A stretch of 64,000 nucleotides of DNA. Source: Octopus bimaculoides. Taxonomy: Eukaryota. The stretch's first letter is position 1; each line of letters starts with the position of its first letter. The stretch is from positions 10,764,323 to 10,828,322 of the forward strand of contig NC_068990.1 in assembly GCF_001194135.2 (NCBI RefSeq), read 5' to 3'. The notes under the pieces are model-generated. The model saw only the letters and a program-made list of their open reading frames with translations. It was not told the origin of the DNA and searched no databases. Positions 27,701-40,523 of this stretch are shown here, piece by piece. The translations under genes were made by a program, and so were the position numbers.

Positions 27701-29010
27701 AATATCAGGGACAAACACCTAACAGACCTAAGAGAATTTTAGCTCAAACAAAAATACCCGTGTCTACTTATAGAAAATGGCACACAACGGGCTATAAAAC
27801 TATCCATACAACAACTGAAGACAATCTAAGAAATAGCAAAACAAGAACAAGTCATACCATTGATAGTGACACACAACCCATGTCACCAGAATATCTTCAA
27901 CATTGCCAAAGAAAACCTACCACTTATTGCTCAAAGGAATGAATTAAAATATATAAATCACAGATCGATCTATGGCTCTTAGTAAAAGACAGCCTAAAAG
28001 TTTGAAAAAAATTATTAACACAGGAAAGGTTTGACTTTAGCAAAAAAAAAAAGACCAATAATTCACTGTCTAAATGCAATAATAGCCTATGTTGCACCTG
28101 CCAATTAATATATACCGGCTAGTATATGAACAAAAAGCAACGGAAAAAATATTCACGGACGCAAATATGAACTGCAAAAGCAGAAATTGTGGACAACTAT
28201 ATGTGGGTCAGAGTGGGAATTCCTACATTTGTGTGCTTATAACTCGAGTATTGTTCATCCGACCGCGTTGACATTTTAAACATGGATACACGAGAGAGCG
28301 GGGCGTTCCGTAATCTAAAAAAATTTCCAAAATTGTCAGTTTCAAGGTGAGAATCGCTATTTTTGTAATCCTTATGGCCTGTCCATCGGATGATTAAAGC
28401 TTCCATAACGCCATCCAATTTAACCCTCTTGACCTATACAAAGTGTCCAATGGACGGGAGGAATTCACGTGTGCACCGACAGCAAATTAGAGAACCAGAT
28501 GTCCATCAGATACCTATGACCAACCATGTAGCAATATGTGGTCGGAAAATATTTATAATATTTCCATTTCACAAACTACACAGTCCAAGTGAAATCGAGA
28601 GCAAAACCAGAGAAAAGGACTTTATTAATAAATTCCAACCCAATCAAAATAAACAATAATATTAATACTTAGAGGTACTATTTCTACTGCTACGACTACT
28701 GCCATTAACAATAACAACAATACTAAATGTTCTTATAATGACGATAGCAGGAAAATATAGGTCTCTTGATATGTTCAACAATCCGTGACGCCTAAACCAA
28801 GAACCAATCAAATTAAATAATTTAGTAAAGCCACACACTGATTGGTCAGAATAGAGTATGTCAAAGTTAACATTCTGGGGCCTATACAAATGTATTTAAG
28901 GCACACATTTTAACCATCTCACTACAGTTGTAAACTGCAAAACATAACTATCACTACTATATGAACTTGAAGATTGCATAGTTTAATGCATGAAAGCACT
29001 ACTTCAATCA
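27698..29010 (+). mobile_element. Penelope-like element remnant (RT thumb, linker, GIY-YIG, 3' region), interrupted by an insertion
   Basis: QKYPCLLIENGTQRAIKL, IPLIVTHNPCHQNIFNIAKENLP, RQPKSLKKLLT, KCNNSLCCTC, CGQLYVGQSG, then VHRQQIREPDVHQIPMTNHVAICG ... REKDFINKFQPNQN*; frameshifts and stops. Confidence 0.88.
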
Positions 29011-29624
29011 GAATCGATATTTAATATTCTGTCATTTCATTATATTATGTTCTCTTATATTATAGTATTATAAGATTGTAAATAAAACTAGAACCAAAGT
29101 CGGAATTTCTTAGTGTGATATATATATNNNNNNNNNNNNNNNNNNNNNNNNNNNNNNNNNNNNNNNNNNNNNNNNNNNNNNNNNNNNNNNNNNNNNNNNN
29201 NNNNNNNNNNNNNNNNNNNNNNNNNNNNNNNNNNNNNNNNNNNNNNNNNNNNNNNNNNNNNNNNNNNNNNNNNNNNNNNNNNNNNNNNNNNNNNNNNNNN
29301 NNATATATATTATGTATAGTATATTGCAAATATTTTATAATTATGTACGTAACTAGCAAATGCCCCGTGTTATGGAAGTTTTAATCACAAGGATTACAAA
29401 AATAAGGATTCTCACCTTGAAACTGACAATTTTGAAAATCTATTAAGATTACGGAACGCCCCTCTCTTTCATGTATCCATGTTTAAAATGTCAGCGCGGT
29501 GGGATGGACAATACTCGAGTTATAACGGCACAAAAAACAAACATACAGAACTGAATTTATATATTAGAAGATGGACCAATGAGGGACACCCCTACATGGT
29601 AGTCAGACCTGGTAGAAATAACAG

Positions 29625-29850
29625 CCAAACCTCCGTAAGCGTTGGTAGAATCGTAATCGTGTCGGGCAAATGTTTAGCGGTATTTCATGTCTATACGTTG
29701 TGAGTTCAAATTCCACCGAAATCGACTTTGCTTTTCATCCTTTCAGAGTCGATAAACTAAGTACCATTTCAACACTTGTGTCGGTGTAATCGAAGTATCT
29801 ACCCATCCCAGAAATTACTGGCGTTGTACCGATATTTGAAATCAATATTT
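29625..29850 (+). mobile_element. SINE family A
   Basis: tcgggcaaatgtttagcggtatttc ... gagttcaaattccaccgaaatcgactttgcttttcatcctttcagagtcgataaactaagtacc. Confidence 0.8.
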
Positions 29851-30444
29851 GTGATAGGTTAGGGCGTCGAATTGATAGAATCATTATAGCTTCAGAAAAA
29901 AATTACTTTCCATATTGACTGTAAGTGTATCTCCTCTAAGATACACATCGGTGAAGTCAAAGTCGCTTTCCATCCTCTCGGAGTCTAGAAATAGGGCACA
30001 ATCTAGGACCTGGATCGTTTCTCTCCTCTCCCTTTCAGTTTTGCACTGAACATCGGCTATGATTCAAAAAGTCATGCTTTGTTACACTATGTCATGTTTA
30101 ATTAGCCAGTGAAATGCCTTAAGATACGTGTGTTTGTGACACAATCAGCCTGTTTCATGTTCATTCGTGATTACACATGCAGTAGGATAATCAGTAAAAT
30201 GCTCGCCATTCAAACATTCTTCGGGAAATAGGGGACAGAAGGATTTCAATCGCAAAACAATGTTACTACAGCTCCGGAAATATTTAAATACAATCTTTAT
30301 GAAAACACACTAAGCTTGCCCAAGATACGTGTGTGTATATCTATATAGGTTAGAGTTGATTTCTTTGTGTGTGTATGTGTGTGTGGTGGGGTATTTGTAC
30401 TGGTGTATATGCGTGTCTACGTGGATATTGGTGTGCATCGGTGC

Positions 30445-30446
<2 letters not shown>

Positions 30447-30534
<88 letters not shown>
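30447..30534. repeat. (GT)n microsatellite
   Basis: Seen directly. Confidence 0.95.
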
Positions 30535-30537
<3 letters not shown>

Positions 30538-31004
30538 AAAGAAATGGCCGACTGGAGAAGGCTCTTTATTTTCTGTTGTTTTTCCTGTTCGCTGCATCAG
30601 TGAGGAAATCTCATTCAGTTCTTTTGCATTTTTGTGCAATAACACTTTATTCTAAAATATCTAATTCACTTTGCTGTCGGAAATGGGAGTTATAGTATGT
30701 TTGATGTTCTGTATCTAACTGAATTTCTTCAATCGCTAACAGCCATCTCGACATTTTTTGAAAACTTTTGATCTGGGTATGGGATGCTTGAGATCGTCGC
30801 AAATCATATGATAACATTATTTTCTCATAATTCCTGAAGGAATCTCTTCTTAGTTTTAAACTGCAGACGGATACATAACCATATCTAAATACATATGTAC
30901 GAGTGGAGTTAATTAATGATCTTCCCTGGTCCACTTCTCAAGGACTGGGAAATAGAAAACTTGGCATAATTATTAGTCCTTCCCTACATAGCCACCACTA
31001 ATAG

Positions 31005-31213
31005 AAGCAAACGTCTCTCATTAATGTATGCAGTTGTGAAGAGCTCGTCTTTAGAAGTCGGTCGGTTGCGTCCCGAGCGAAGACTTAACCTCGGAAATAG
31101 GTTCATCATCATCCGAAATGTGCATCCCTTTCAAAAATGACTTCATGTTTGGAAAGAGGTAAAAATCAGATGTTTGCTTGAAATATTGCAGCTAAGGATA
31201 AAATTTGAATATT
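31005..31213 (-). mobile_element. Mariner transposase C-terminal remnant
   Basis: Minus translation TSDFYLFPNMKSFLKGMHISDDDEPISEVKSSLGTQPTDF*RRALHNCIH, matching the mariner YSPDLAPSDFYLF ... region. Confidence 0.8.
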
Positions 31214-33199
31214 AAAAATTATCTGATTGTAATTTACAAAGTAAAATTATAATTAAAAAAGATACCATTATTTTGTTAAAATATTGACACACGAGAATAC
31301 TTACAAAATGAGAGCCAGAAGTACCAGTATAGCGAAAGTCTTATGCAATGTAGATTAATATATATGGTCGGCAAATTGATGTTGTAAAAAATAGGCATTG
31401 GCTCAAGACTAAAAATGTGAAGATTTGGCAATAACTTAGGCAATAGCTCAACCGCATTTTACTATGAATTTGTTGTTATACGATGATTTTCCTGTAATAT
31501 ATAGCTAATTTTTCTTTAATATTATATTTACTGTACTAACTAATTATATACTATTACTATTTTTATAACCTATTTTATAATTTCTAATTATTAATTTAAT
31601 AATTAAAAATTGATTTATTTTAAGCTCAGAAACTATTTTGAGTTATTTTTAATTTTTTTATAGAAGTAGCAAATAAGAACAAATAGAAGTCATAACTTGT
31701 AATAAAATTTTTAATTTTATTAAAAGCTAATATTTTCTGTATCTAAAAATTAAATATGAAATGTTATCCTTAGCTCCGATATTTTAAATAAAAATTGTGT
31801 TGCTCTCTAATTTACCAGATGTAATACCTTGTCCTGAACTTTAAAAGTGTAATAAATTGTCCTGTACTTTTCCAGGTTTATGATCTTAAGAAAATTAATT
31901 ATCTTACTTACATTTTCCATGTAATGTAAAAATGTTACATGTGAATGCTGTTCTGGGAATTGTTCTGGGAATTGTTCTGGGGATTGTATGTGTTGGTCAG
32001 ATAGGGATTATTTTGTGTGAATCAATAGGAATAACTAGCCGAAAAGAAGTAGTTGTTGAATGCAAATTCATAATTCACGTAATTGAAATTGGTGAAGTTA
32101 GATACAAAAGTTTGAAGGAACGCTGTAACCATGAGCCTGTTGTTCCGTTTGTACGTAGCTGCACATTTGTAATTCAGGTAAATATATTTGCGGTCTAAAA
32201 TGTTTAACTATAAAAAAATGTGCATTCATGCGCGCGTGCGTGTGTACTGATATATACATATATATTCAGACAGACAGACAGACAGACAGACACACGCGCA
32301 TGCGCGCGCACACACACACACACATATATTTAGAACGGTGACCTTCGGGAGTTTCCTTGCCTCATCAGTAAGGACTGGCTTGACTCGAGCAGATGCCGGA
32401 CTTAATTCTCTGTCAGTATATATATTTCCACCATAGAAACCTATATATACACACACACATATATATATATATATANNNNNNNNNNNNNNNNNNNNNNNNN
32501 NNATATATATATATATATATATATATATCCATTGTTATCCATTGTTATAGCAAGCAGCAAATGCGTAGGCAAACTGCAATTGGCTTTTACTTTGAAATAT
32601 ATAATACAGCTAGTAAATAGCTTCTCACTAGGTTTGAAATTATATATATTCAGCAGTAGTGCGAAAATATAAAAATTATGCAAGAACAAACAAAATTTCG
32701 AATTGTGAATGTATAGATAATGTTCTAGGAGAAAATAACATACAGGCTATTGCAGTAATTCTAGAATATGTACTGTCATTAGCAAAGAAAATGTTACTTA
32801 ATGTAAGAAATCACCACGATTGTCATTAGATTTTGGTATTTTTGTATTTTTTGTTTATGTCTGTTATTTTCCGCTTCCTATTAACAAACTACATCTAATG
32901 TTGTACCATTATATAATAACTAAAACTTTATATGTTCGTCTAAGTTTTCGTGCGACAAGCTAGATATAACAACGAAATGTTTGTCAGATAACATACTGCT
33001 AACTTAATCAAAGACGGATACAAGGGATAACATGCACAATAACACAAAACACAATACACAATAACACAATAACGACAAAGGCGCTGTTGTTACTGGTTGG
33101 CATTCATTTAATTATAAGTCTTCTCTCCTCAATCTCAGGGTCAAACATCACAACATCTACCAACAATGACTATGATAATGTTAGTATATATTCTTTCTT

Positions 33200-33379
33200 A
33201 CTATAGGCACAAGGTCCGACATTTTTGGGGAGGGTGCCAGTCGATTAGATCTATTCCAGTACGCAACTGGTACTTAATTTATCGACCCCGAATGGATGAA
33301 AAACAAAGTCAACTTCGGCAGAATTTGGACTCAGAACGTAAATACAGACGAAATACTACTAAGCATTTGGCCTAACGTT
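33200..33379 (-). mobile_element. SINE family A (interrupted at its head)
   Basis: cgcaactggtacttaatttatcgaccccgaatggatgaaaaacaaagtcaacttcggcagaatttggactcagaacgtaaa. Confidence 0.85.
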
Positions 33380-33614
33380 TCTTATTTCTTTATTGCCCAC
33401 AAGGGGCTAAACATAGAGGGGACAAACAAGGACAGACAAAGAGATTAAGTCCATTACATCGACCCCAGTGCGTAACTGGTACTTAATTTATCGACCCCGA
33501 AACAATGAAAGGCAAAGTCGACCTCGGCGGAATTTGAACTCAGAACGTAACGGCAGACAACATACCACTACGCCTTTTCCCCGCCGTGCTAACGTTTCTG
33601 CCAGCTCGCCGCCT
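33380..33614 (-). mobile_element. Full-length SINE family A
   Basis: Reverse complement aggcggcgagctggcagaaacgttagcacggcgggg ... gttctgagttcaaattccgccgaggtcgac ... ttgtgggcaataaagaaataagaa; near-identical to 48805-49038. Confidence 0.92.
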
Positions 33615-35389
33615 GGTTTCCCCTCTTCTTTCCTTCTCTTTTCTCTTTATCTCGCCAATCCATCGGTCCGTCGCATGGGAGCTGCTCGATGCAGGAGGAA
33701 ATATTGAGAGAAAGTTGTGGCGAAAGAGTTAGCAGAAGTTCGCTATTATCTTCTGCCTAAGCCGCGTGGAGCATACGTGATGGTAGTATATAGTGCACAT
33801 AAAAGTTTCAATGATCAACAAATATAGAGTTGAATACTACAAGAGCGCATTTAATGTTGTACATTATGATTTCTGTGTTATTTTATTGAACACAATTGAG
33901 TATCAGTGGTACACTGAAAGTGGCATATCCCATTGTTTTCAACCAATATCAAGTATTCTACCATATCAAGCAAGAGCGGTATATTACTGAATATAAATTT
34001 TGTGTGTTTAAAAAGAAAGGGGAACATAGCATGCCAGAAACGCTGAGGAAGAGATAAACAGTTAGAGTAATTGTGTCAAAGCTGTATTATATGTGATCAA
34101 TATGAATATTTATTTCTGACTTTATCACAGAACAATGGAATTAAAAGAATGACACGTGTTTATGACAAGTAAGTGTGTTTTGATAATTCTGCTATTTCTA
34201 AGCTATTCCCATGAGTGAAGCAACCGAAATTATATTAAATCTGCGTCAGCAAACGCTGTGCTATTTCTACAAATCCAACAGGGATTTTGTTTATATGGCT
34301 ACAATATTATACGTGAATAGAGGAAAGGCATGGTTGATTGAGTCTATCTATATATTTTTGGCTTCTATTTATGTTGCCAACGATATTATGAAGAAGGAAA
34401 ACACGGCAAACAATGCGGGATTTGAACCCAGATTTGAATGGGCTTCTGCTTTATATAAAAAAAAACCTTTTACTCTTTAACTATCATTCACTATTCTAAC
34501 TGTTCATAGCACACATGAAAATGTCTAGATTAGGCAGGCTACCATACGTCTTCAGAAGGAGAGTGGATAAAATTAAATACTGTATATACTTTAGCAAGGC
34601 ATCAAAGATGAAAGGAACGCTTATTCAAAAGGGAACCGAATATAGATTACAAACGGATGCAATATAAAAAGGCATTTCACGCGTTTCAATAGCGATTCTG
34701 CTATAGAAAATGCCTATAATAATCAATAATATATAGCATGATCGATATCTGTCAATATGCCACGTGTTATAAATGATCTTATTCCTATTTTTGATGCATA
34801 ACATTAAGGATCTTCATATTGTTTCATTATGAGAAATATTGCGATTATACGTCCAAATGTTCTATGTAGTTGAGGACTTTTAACAAGTAACACCTGGAAT
34901 ACGCTTCAAGTATTATGTTTAAGATTTGCATTGTATTTTGCATATCATTCGAGAATTTAAATTGTTTATGATTAAAGCCTTCCTTTCGCACTTCGAAATT
35001 TCAATTTATGGCAAGAGTTACCATTTTCACACGAGTTCGGTCAACCATAATTATAAAAATTATGTTAATAATTTCTGCTTTAGTCACAAGTTTAGCGATT
35101 TGAGGAGGTGGAGTAAGTGGATATAATCGACTACAGTACAAGATTGGTACTCAATTATATCAAACCCGAAGGGATAAATGACGCATTTGTCCTTGGCCTG
35201 TATGACACATAGAATGTAAAAAGCCAGAATAGATATCAAAGAGAATTTTTTACGACTCGTTAAGGATTCTGCTAGTTCATCATAGTATTGTTATAGTAGT
35301 GACTATAATAATAAGTTTTCTTCATTAACGAAAAGAGATCGATAAGTTACAGAAAAGAATAAAAGCAATTTTAAACAAATGACTTACAA

Positions 35390-36230
35390 AGATTTCTCAG
35401 GTGGTTGTTCAATAGCTGCCCTCAATTCGTCCATTGTTACCGTTTTGTATGATAATGTTTGTCTTTCAAGCATTCCCGCAAATAAATATCCTGTGGTGTG
35501 AGTTCTGGTGAAAGTGGCAGATACTCTGCTAAACACATTCATTCAATTCACCTGCATGACATTTTCAACAAGATAGTCCCTTGCTTTACGATGGCTGTGT
35601 GGAGGTAACCATCTTGCTGAAAATAAAACTCCGTGTTTTCAAGTATATTGGCATGAAAGATTTCCACATCGAGTTGTAGTAAATTGGACCGGTCATATCT
35701 ACTGAAAAATTTGGTCTAAACAATCTTGTAGAAGAAAATAAACACCACACTGTAACTCACGTTAAATTAACATGGTGATACACCATGATAAGCAGATTCT
35801 CGTTTAACAAGAAGAACCGATTATGCTGGTTAATCGAACCATTGAATTCAAATTTAACCTCATCAATGCAAACAATCTTAGTTGAAAAGAGTGCATTTTC
35901 TTACTCATCTTGCTGAGGAAGACACTTTGGTCCTGATCTTGGAATGTAACTTTTTCAATGGCAATGCATCGAAATGCGAGAGATGCTGGATTTGAGATTC
36001 TTGTTCACGTGATATAGACATTCTTGAAAGTGTAGCAATCCGTGTTTCTTACGTTTTCCTTCTTAGTGACCCACATTGGTAACTGTGGTCTTTCGGAACG
36101 CTTTCTGTGAACATTGTAAGCAATTTAATCTGTTTCACACTTCGCTGTAATTAAAGTGACGATTAGTCGCGTAGGAGAATCTGTTTGAAATTCGCTTCTC
36201 AAGTACATTTGCCCAACGTCCGAGTACTGA
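35390..36230 (-). mobile_element. IS630-Tc1-mariner transposase remnant (FSDEA / QQDG / SPDLTPxD type)
   Basis: Minus translations IVCIDEVKFEFNGSINQHN, VTVWC, FQQDG, PPHSHRKARDYL and LPLSPELTPQDIYLRECLKDKHY; frameshifted. Confidence 0.85.
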
Positions 36231-36789
36231 AACTCCTAGTAATATTTTAGGGGTAGTTGTATCGATAGAATTTAATCTGGCTCCTTTTTATTATTCAATC
36301 TGTCAAAGATAAAAGAAATGAAACTTAAGTATTCGATTACTAAAATATGTATACACTGTATGTACATATATATNNNNNNNNNNATATATGGTTAATGAGA
36401 GAGCGAAGATGGAAAATATGAGAATTTTTAGAGAAATTTTATGAAACGTTAAAATTGTTTCAACCCATCTAATATCAACCCTCACGCGTGGGATACTTAC
36501 CAATTGGTTTTGTGGTTTTGTGGAACCCATCGTTGTAAGTGTATCTCTTCGCGTGCTAGTCAGATTCAACTTGTTAAAATAACGAGTGTTCCGCAAGCAT
36601 GAAATTAATGTATATAACTTCATTTGTATAAAAGATCAATAATGAAATATAACAGATGCAAAACAGAAACAAATACACAATACACCGAAAATGTATTAAA
36701 TATAACCGTTAACGGATATGGGTGTATAAACGCGCTAGCGTTAATTGTATGCCGCATGTACACTCGCGGATACATACATCCTTGAAGAT

Positions 36790-37100
36790 ATAAGCATACA
36801 CACACAAGTGGTTTCGCGCACATACCTTCACATAGCGAATTAAATAGCTACTTAAATAGCTAAATTTAATTCATCCATACCTTAAGGTGAATCATGATTA
36901 TTAATTAAGTGCACGGTTACTCAAGTTCATTCCCACTGGATTATGCGAAAGTGTATTTATATGCATTTAAGCATCTTGAGAATCTGTCAGAAATTCCATT
37001 AATGATCTTCTCATCGGTGCATAGAAGAGACAGGGATTCCTCGGAGCAGATGTGGCATATCTCGGAAGAAATGATATTATATGGTTTCGTATGTCGTACT
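36790..37100 (+). repeat. Unclassified dispersed repeat, homologous to 59165-59475
   Basis: Colinear anchors ttaaatagctactt, aattcatccataccttaa, gttactcaa, cagaaattc and ggtttc. Confidence 0.75.
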
Positions 37101-37372
37101 ATGGACTTTGTTGCCACACAAAATCGGCCAATATATTTAAGGTCTTGTTGAATTCCTTGAAGGTGACGACATGGTTGTCATAATGATTCTTAAATGAATG
37201 AGTCGTTGCCCCAATGTAAACATATGATGCCCTCTTGTGTGTAAAGTACATTTATATACCGGATTTGTACTCATACAGGAGTTCATCAATGGGTATCTTG
37301 ATTTTTCTCTCCATGAACATTTACTTAAATGTTTTCTGACTTCATTTTCTTATGTTGTTACCGTATTAGCAA

Positions 37373-37460
<88 letters not shown>

Positions 37461-37462
37461 TT

Positions 37463-37541
37463 ATGTTTGACTTTTGTTTTGCATTTGTACAAGTTGGATC
37501 CAAGTCTCACCCAGAGACCTCAAGAGACAACAAGTTAGAAG

Positions 37542-37543
<2 letters not shown>
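37463..37543 (-). mobile_element. About 80-bp insert between two (TTA)n arrays, probably a 5'-truncated R4/Dong-type 3' end
   Basis: Unique sequence bracketed by (TTA)n at 37375-37462 and 37544-37640 in the same orientation; non-coding. Confidence 0.5.
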
Positions 37544-37621
<78 letters not shown>

Positions 37622-38156
37622 CATTATTATTATTATTATATCATCATTATTACTGCTACAATCACGACGTGGCCGTTTTTCTTTGCATTTTACAACTCTT
37701 TTGGTAATTTGATGTATACGTTTGCTAGTTGCAATAGGTGTGTTATTGAAATGTTGTTTCATTTTGCTATTATTAATGAGGTGCTTGTGCTGCTCTAAAT
37801 TAAGGGAGGTAGCGATTTGTTCACGCAGTGTCTATTAAAAATAGCATAGTGTCTATTTGATTTCAGGAATCACTCGTCTAAAGCGGCAAAAAATTCACAA
37901 CTAATCTTCATTGAAACCTGAGAACTGTAGATTGTGTTGTACCAGAGGATATCATGATTCTTATATTTGCTGATTGACTTACTTGTTCTGGTGCATTTGG
38001 GACAATTTCTTGTCCTATGCGCTTTGGCTTGTAACTTTTTGCTTTGACCAGTTCTTTCTGGCCCGTAGTCTCGATTTGAATCAATTCGTTTACTGTAACG
38101 TTGCGTTGGTGTGCAATGTGTATTATGATTGGAGGAATTGGCAGAGTTATGTATAC
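37535..38156 (-). other. Possible two-exon spliced reading frame (38156-37983 joined to 37831-37535)
   Basis: GTAAGT donor at 37982, pyrimidine-rich AG acceptor ending at 37832, 151-bp intron, phase-0 join with both sides open; no recognisable homology or start codon. Confidence 0.2.
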
Positions 38157-39414
38157 CTATGCCTTGCATATACTGAATTTTCTTTCGGTGTCTTTAACCG
38201 TAGCTAAAGAAGTATTGTAACATAGTGCATGTGATTTAAAACATTCTTTAACAGATAACCTATATATACAGCTGTGCGTGCATATGTGTGTATGTGTGTA
38301 TCTCTCTGTGTGTGTTCTTATGCATATATTTGCATTTCGATTGACAGATAAATAGAGAAATATGTCTATTATAAGTTCTTTAAAAAGCAGAGAAGTGATG
38401 CTGGAAATACATTACTTACGTGCGTCCTTCTTTTGTGGAATACTTACAAAACTTTCATCTATTTCATTCATTTCTAAATCATGTTTTTTTTCCTTTTCGC
38501 AAATATCGTCTCTATCCCCTCTCTAATCGAACATAGTCTTTTTGATGTTTTTCTTCATTGGTATAATGCGTTGCAGAGAAATAAGCACATGAAAGTACTT
38601 GGAAGTGTTTCTAAAACTAGATATAAATACTTGAAAAACCATTAATATTTTAGAATATATATATATTTTTTCGGTTTGAAGATAAAATTTAGACATTTTA
38701 AATCATTTGAAGATTATTTATAAAAATTGGTAAACTTCCTGGCTCATTTTAGATCTGACGGAACGTTAGATTTAAATACAGATTTCTCATTGTTTTCACC
38801 CTCCAAACACACACATAGGCACGTACACACACTCACATATATATGTGAACGTTATATATTTTTTCTATAAGATGCTCCCCACAACATACCCGAACACCTT
38901 ATCTGTAGTAGATTTTTGGGAATGGTGAAAAATATTTTCATTCTACTTGAAATTTGAGACACTTCATTTTTTGATTGGTCTAAATTTTTGAATGACGTCT
39001 TATGAAGTTACTTTTAATTCGCTAACCCGGATATTTTGTTTCTTATTTTGTCCTTTGTGTTTTCAATTCTTCTTCATGTTTTGCTTGTTAATTTTATACT
39101 AACCTCCATTTTCAGACAAAATAATTGTAAAACCATTTATTTTTCAATAACTATTTTTAATAATTGATCAATAATTGATTAATTGAGCAACTAACCATTC
39201 TATAATGAGAAACGCTCCGTTTCAGAGATTTCCTTCCTGTATGCCAGCGATGTGTTCGAGAGTATGTTTTGTCATAAAAAAATTGGTTTCATTTTTATGA
39301 ACAAAATTTAAATAAGTGTACTTTTCAAGTCTAATTAATTTCTATAGTATAATCTTTTCTTTATTTAGTATATAAAACATGAAAAATACTTACTTGGAAA
39401 TATTTAATATATAT

Positions 39415-39500
39415 AGAGCCAGGCGATGTTGTGTGGTAAAATATTTCTTTCCAACCACATGGTTCCAGGTTCAGTTCTACTACGCAGCCCCATGAACAAT
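39415..39500 (+). mobile_element. SINE family B head fragment
   Basis: tgtgtggtaa ... ccaaccacatggttccaggttcagttctact matches the tRNA-like head at 49309. Confidence 0.65.
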
Positions 39501-40484
39501 TTTATTTTACAATAGTTGCCGTTACGCTACTATAGTACAAGAATGTTAATATAAATATCTAGGCGTGATATAATATCATATATAGTCACTAATTGTGACT
39601 ATGGGTGCCGAAGCACCTGTATTGCAGGAAATAAGTTAAAAACACTTAATGTTGTAAGGAGCGTGCAATATCTAATCACAGAGGAGATAGCCGCCGCTTG
39701 CAATATAGAAGCTTTGAAACCCTTAGTCAAAATTAGAGACAATAAAATTTTCTCTTTGTGGTAATACAGTGTGCCTAACTCTTTATATTGATCTCTGATA
39801 TACGCATTAGCATGTTTGTAAATCAGTCAACTTCTCATGGTAACAATTTATACGCTGACAGCCTGATTTAGCCACTTTATTGAGCGTTTGAATAGTCGTT
39901 ACTGAGGGGACTACGACTGATACGCGAAACTAGCCTAGTTTAGTATTCCTAGAAAGCATCATGGGGCGGTTATCTCCTCTCTCAGTGAGTATATATTGCG
40001 TGCTTCTTACAAACTAAACATTTTAAACTCATATCTTGTAATATACATTGCTTATGCACAGTTAGTCCGAATTAGTGACCATAAATTGTTTCCATATCCA
40101 TGCATACATTCATACACACACACACACGCATACACACACACAAACACACACACACACACACACACATATAATATTCATATATTTAATCCTTTATATTGAA
40201 CACTCAATATTTCATCTATTCAATAAGACATATTCCATATATTCAATAAGACATTCAATACTTTATTTCATAGTACCATCCATTTTTATTTTATATTATA
40301 TATCGTATATTATATTATATATTATATATTGTATATTCCATATTCTATATCCCACATTGGTTTTGCAGGAATATAAATAAAACATAACAAACAGACAGCG
40401 TTGGAACTCTTTTAAACAAAATAATATATTCCTCTATACACAATCATACAAAAAACCCCCTCTTTTTTTGTATTTATTTTTACT

Positions 40485-40523
<39 letters not shown>

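Noticed and set aside
31480-31800. Possible NUMT in an extremely AT-rich stretch
   Set aside because: No identifiable mitochondrial rRNA, tRNA or protein motif.
31932-32198. 88-aa hydrophobic ORF with a 12-bp repeat (gttctgggaatt) and nearby splice-like sites
   Set aside because: In-frame stops lie between the acceptor and the ATG; no consistent exon model on either strand.
32340-32372. CTGATGA...GAAA...GTC hammerhead-like motif on the minus strand
   Set aside because: Stems I and II cannot pair and there is no PLE context.
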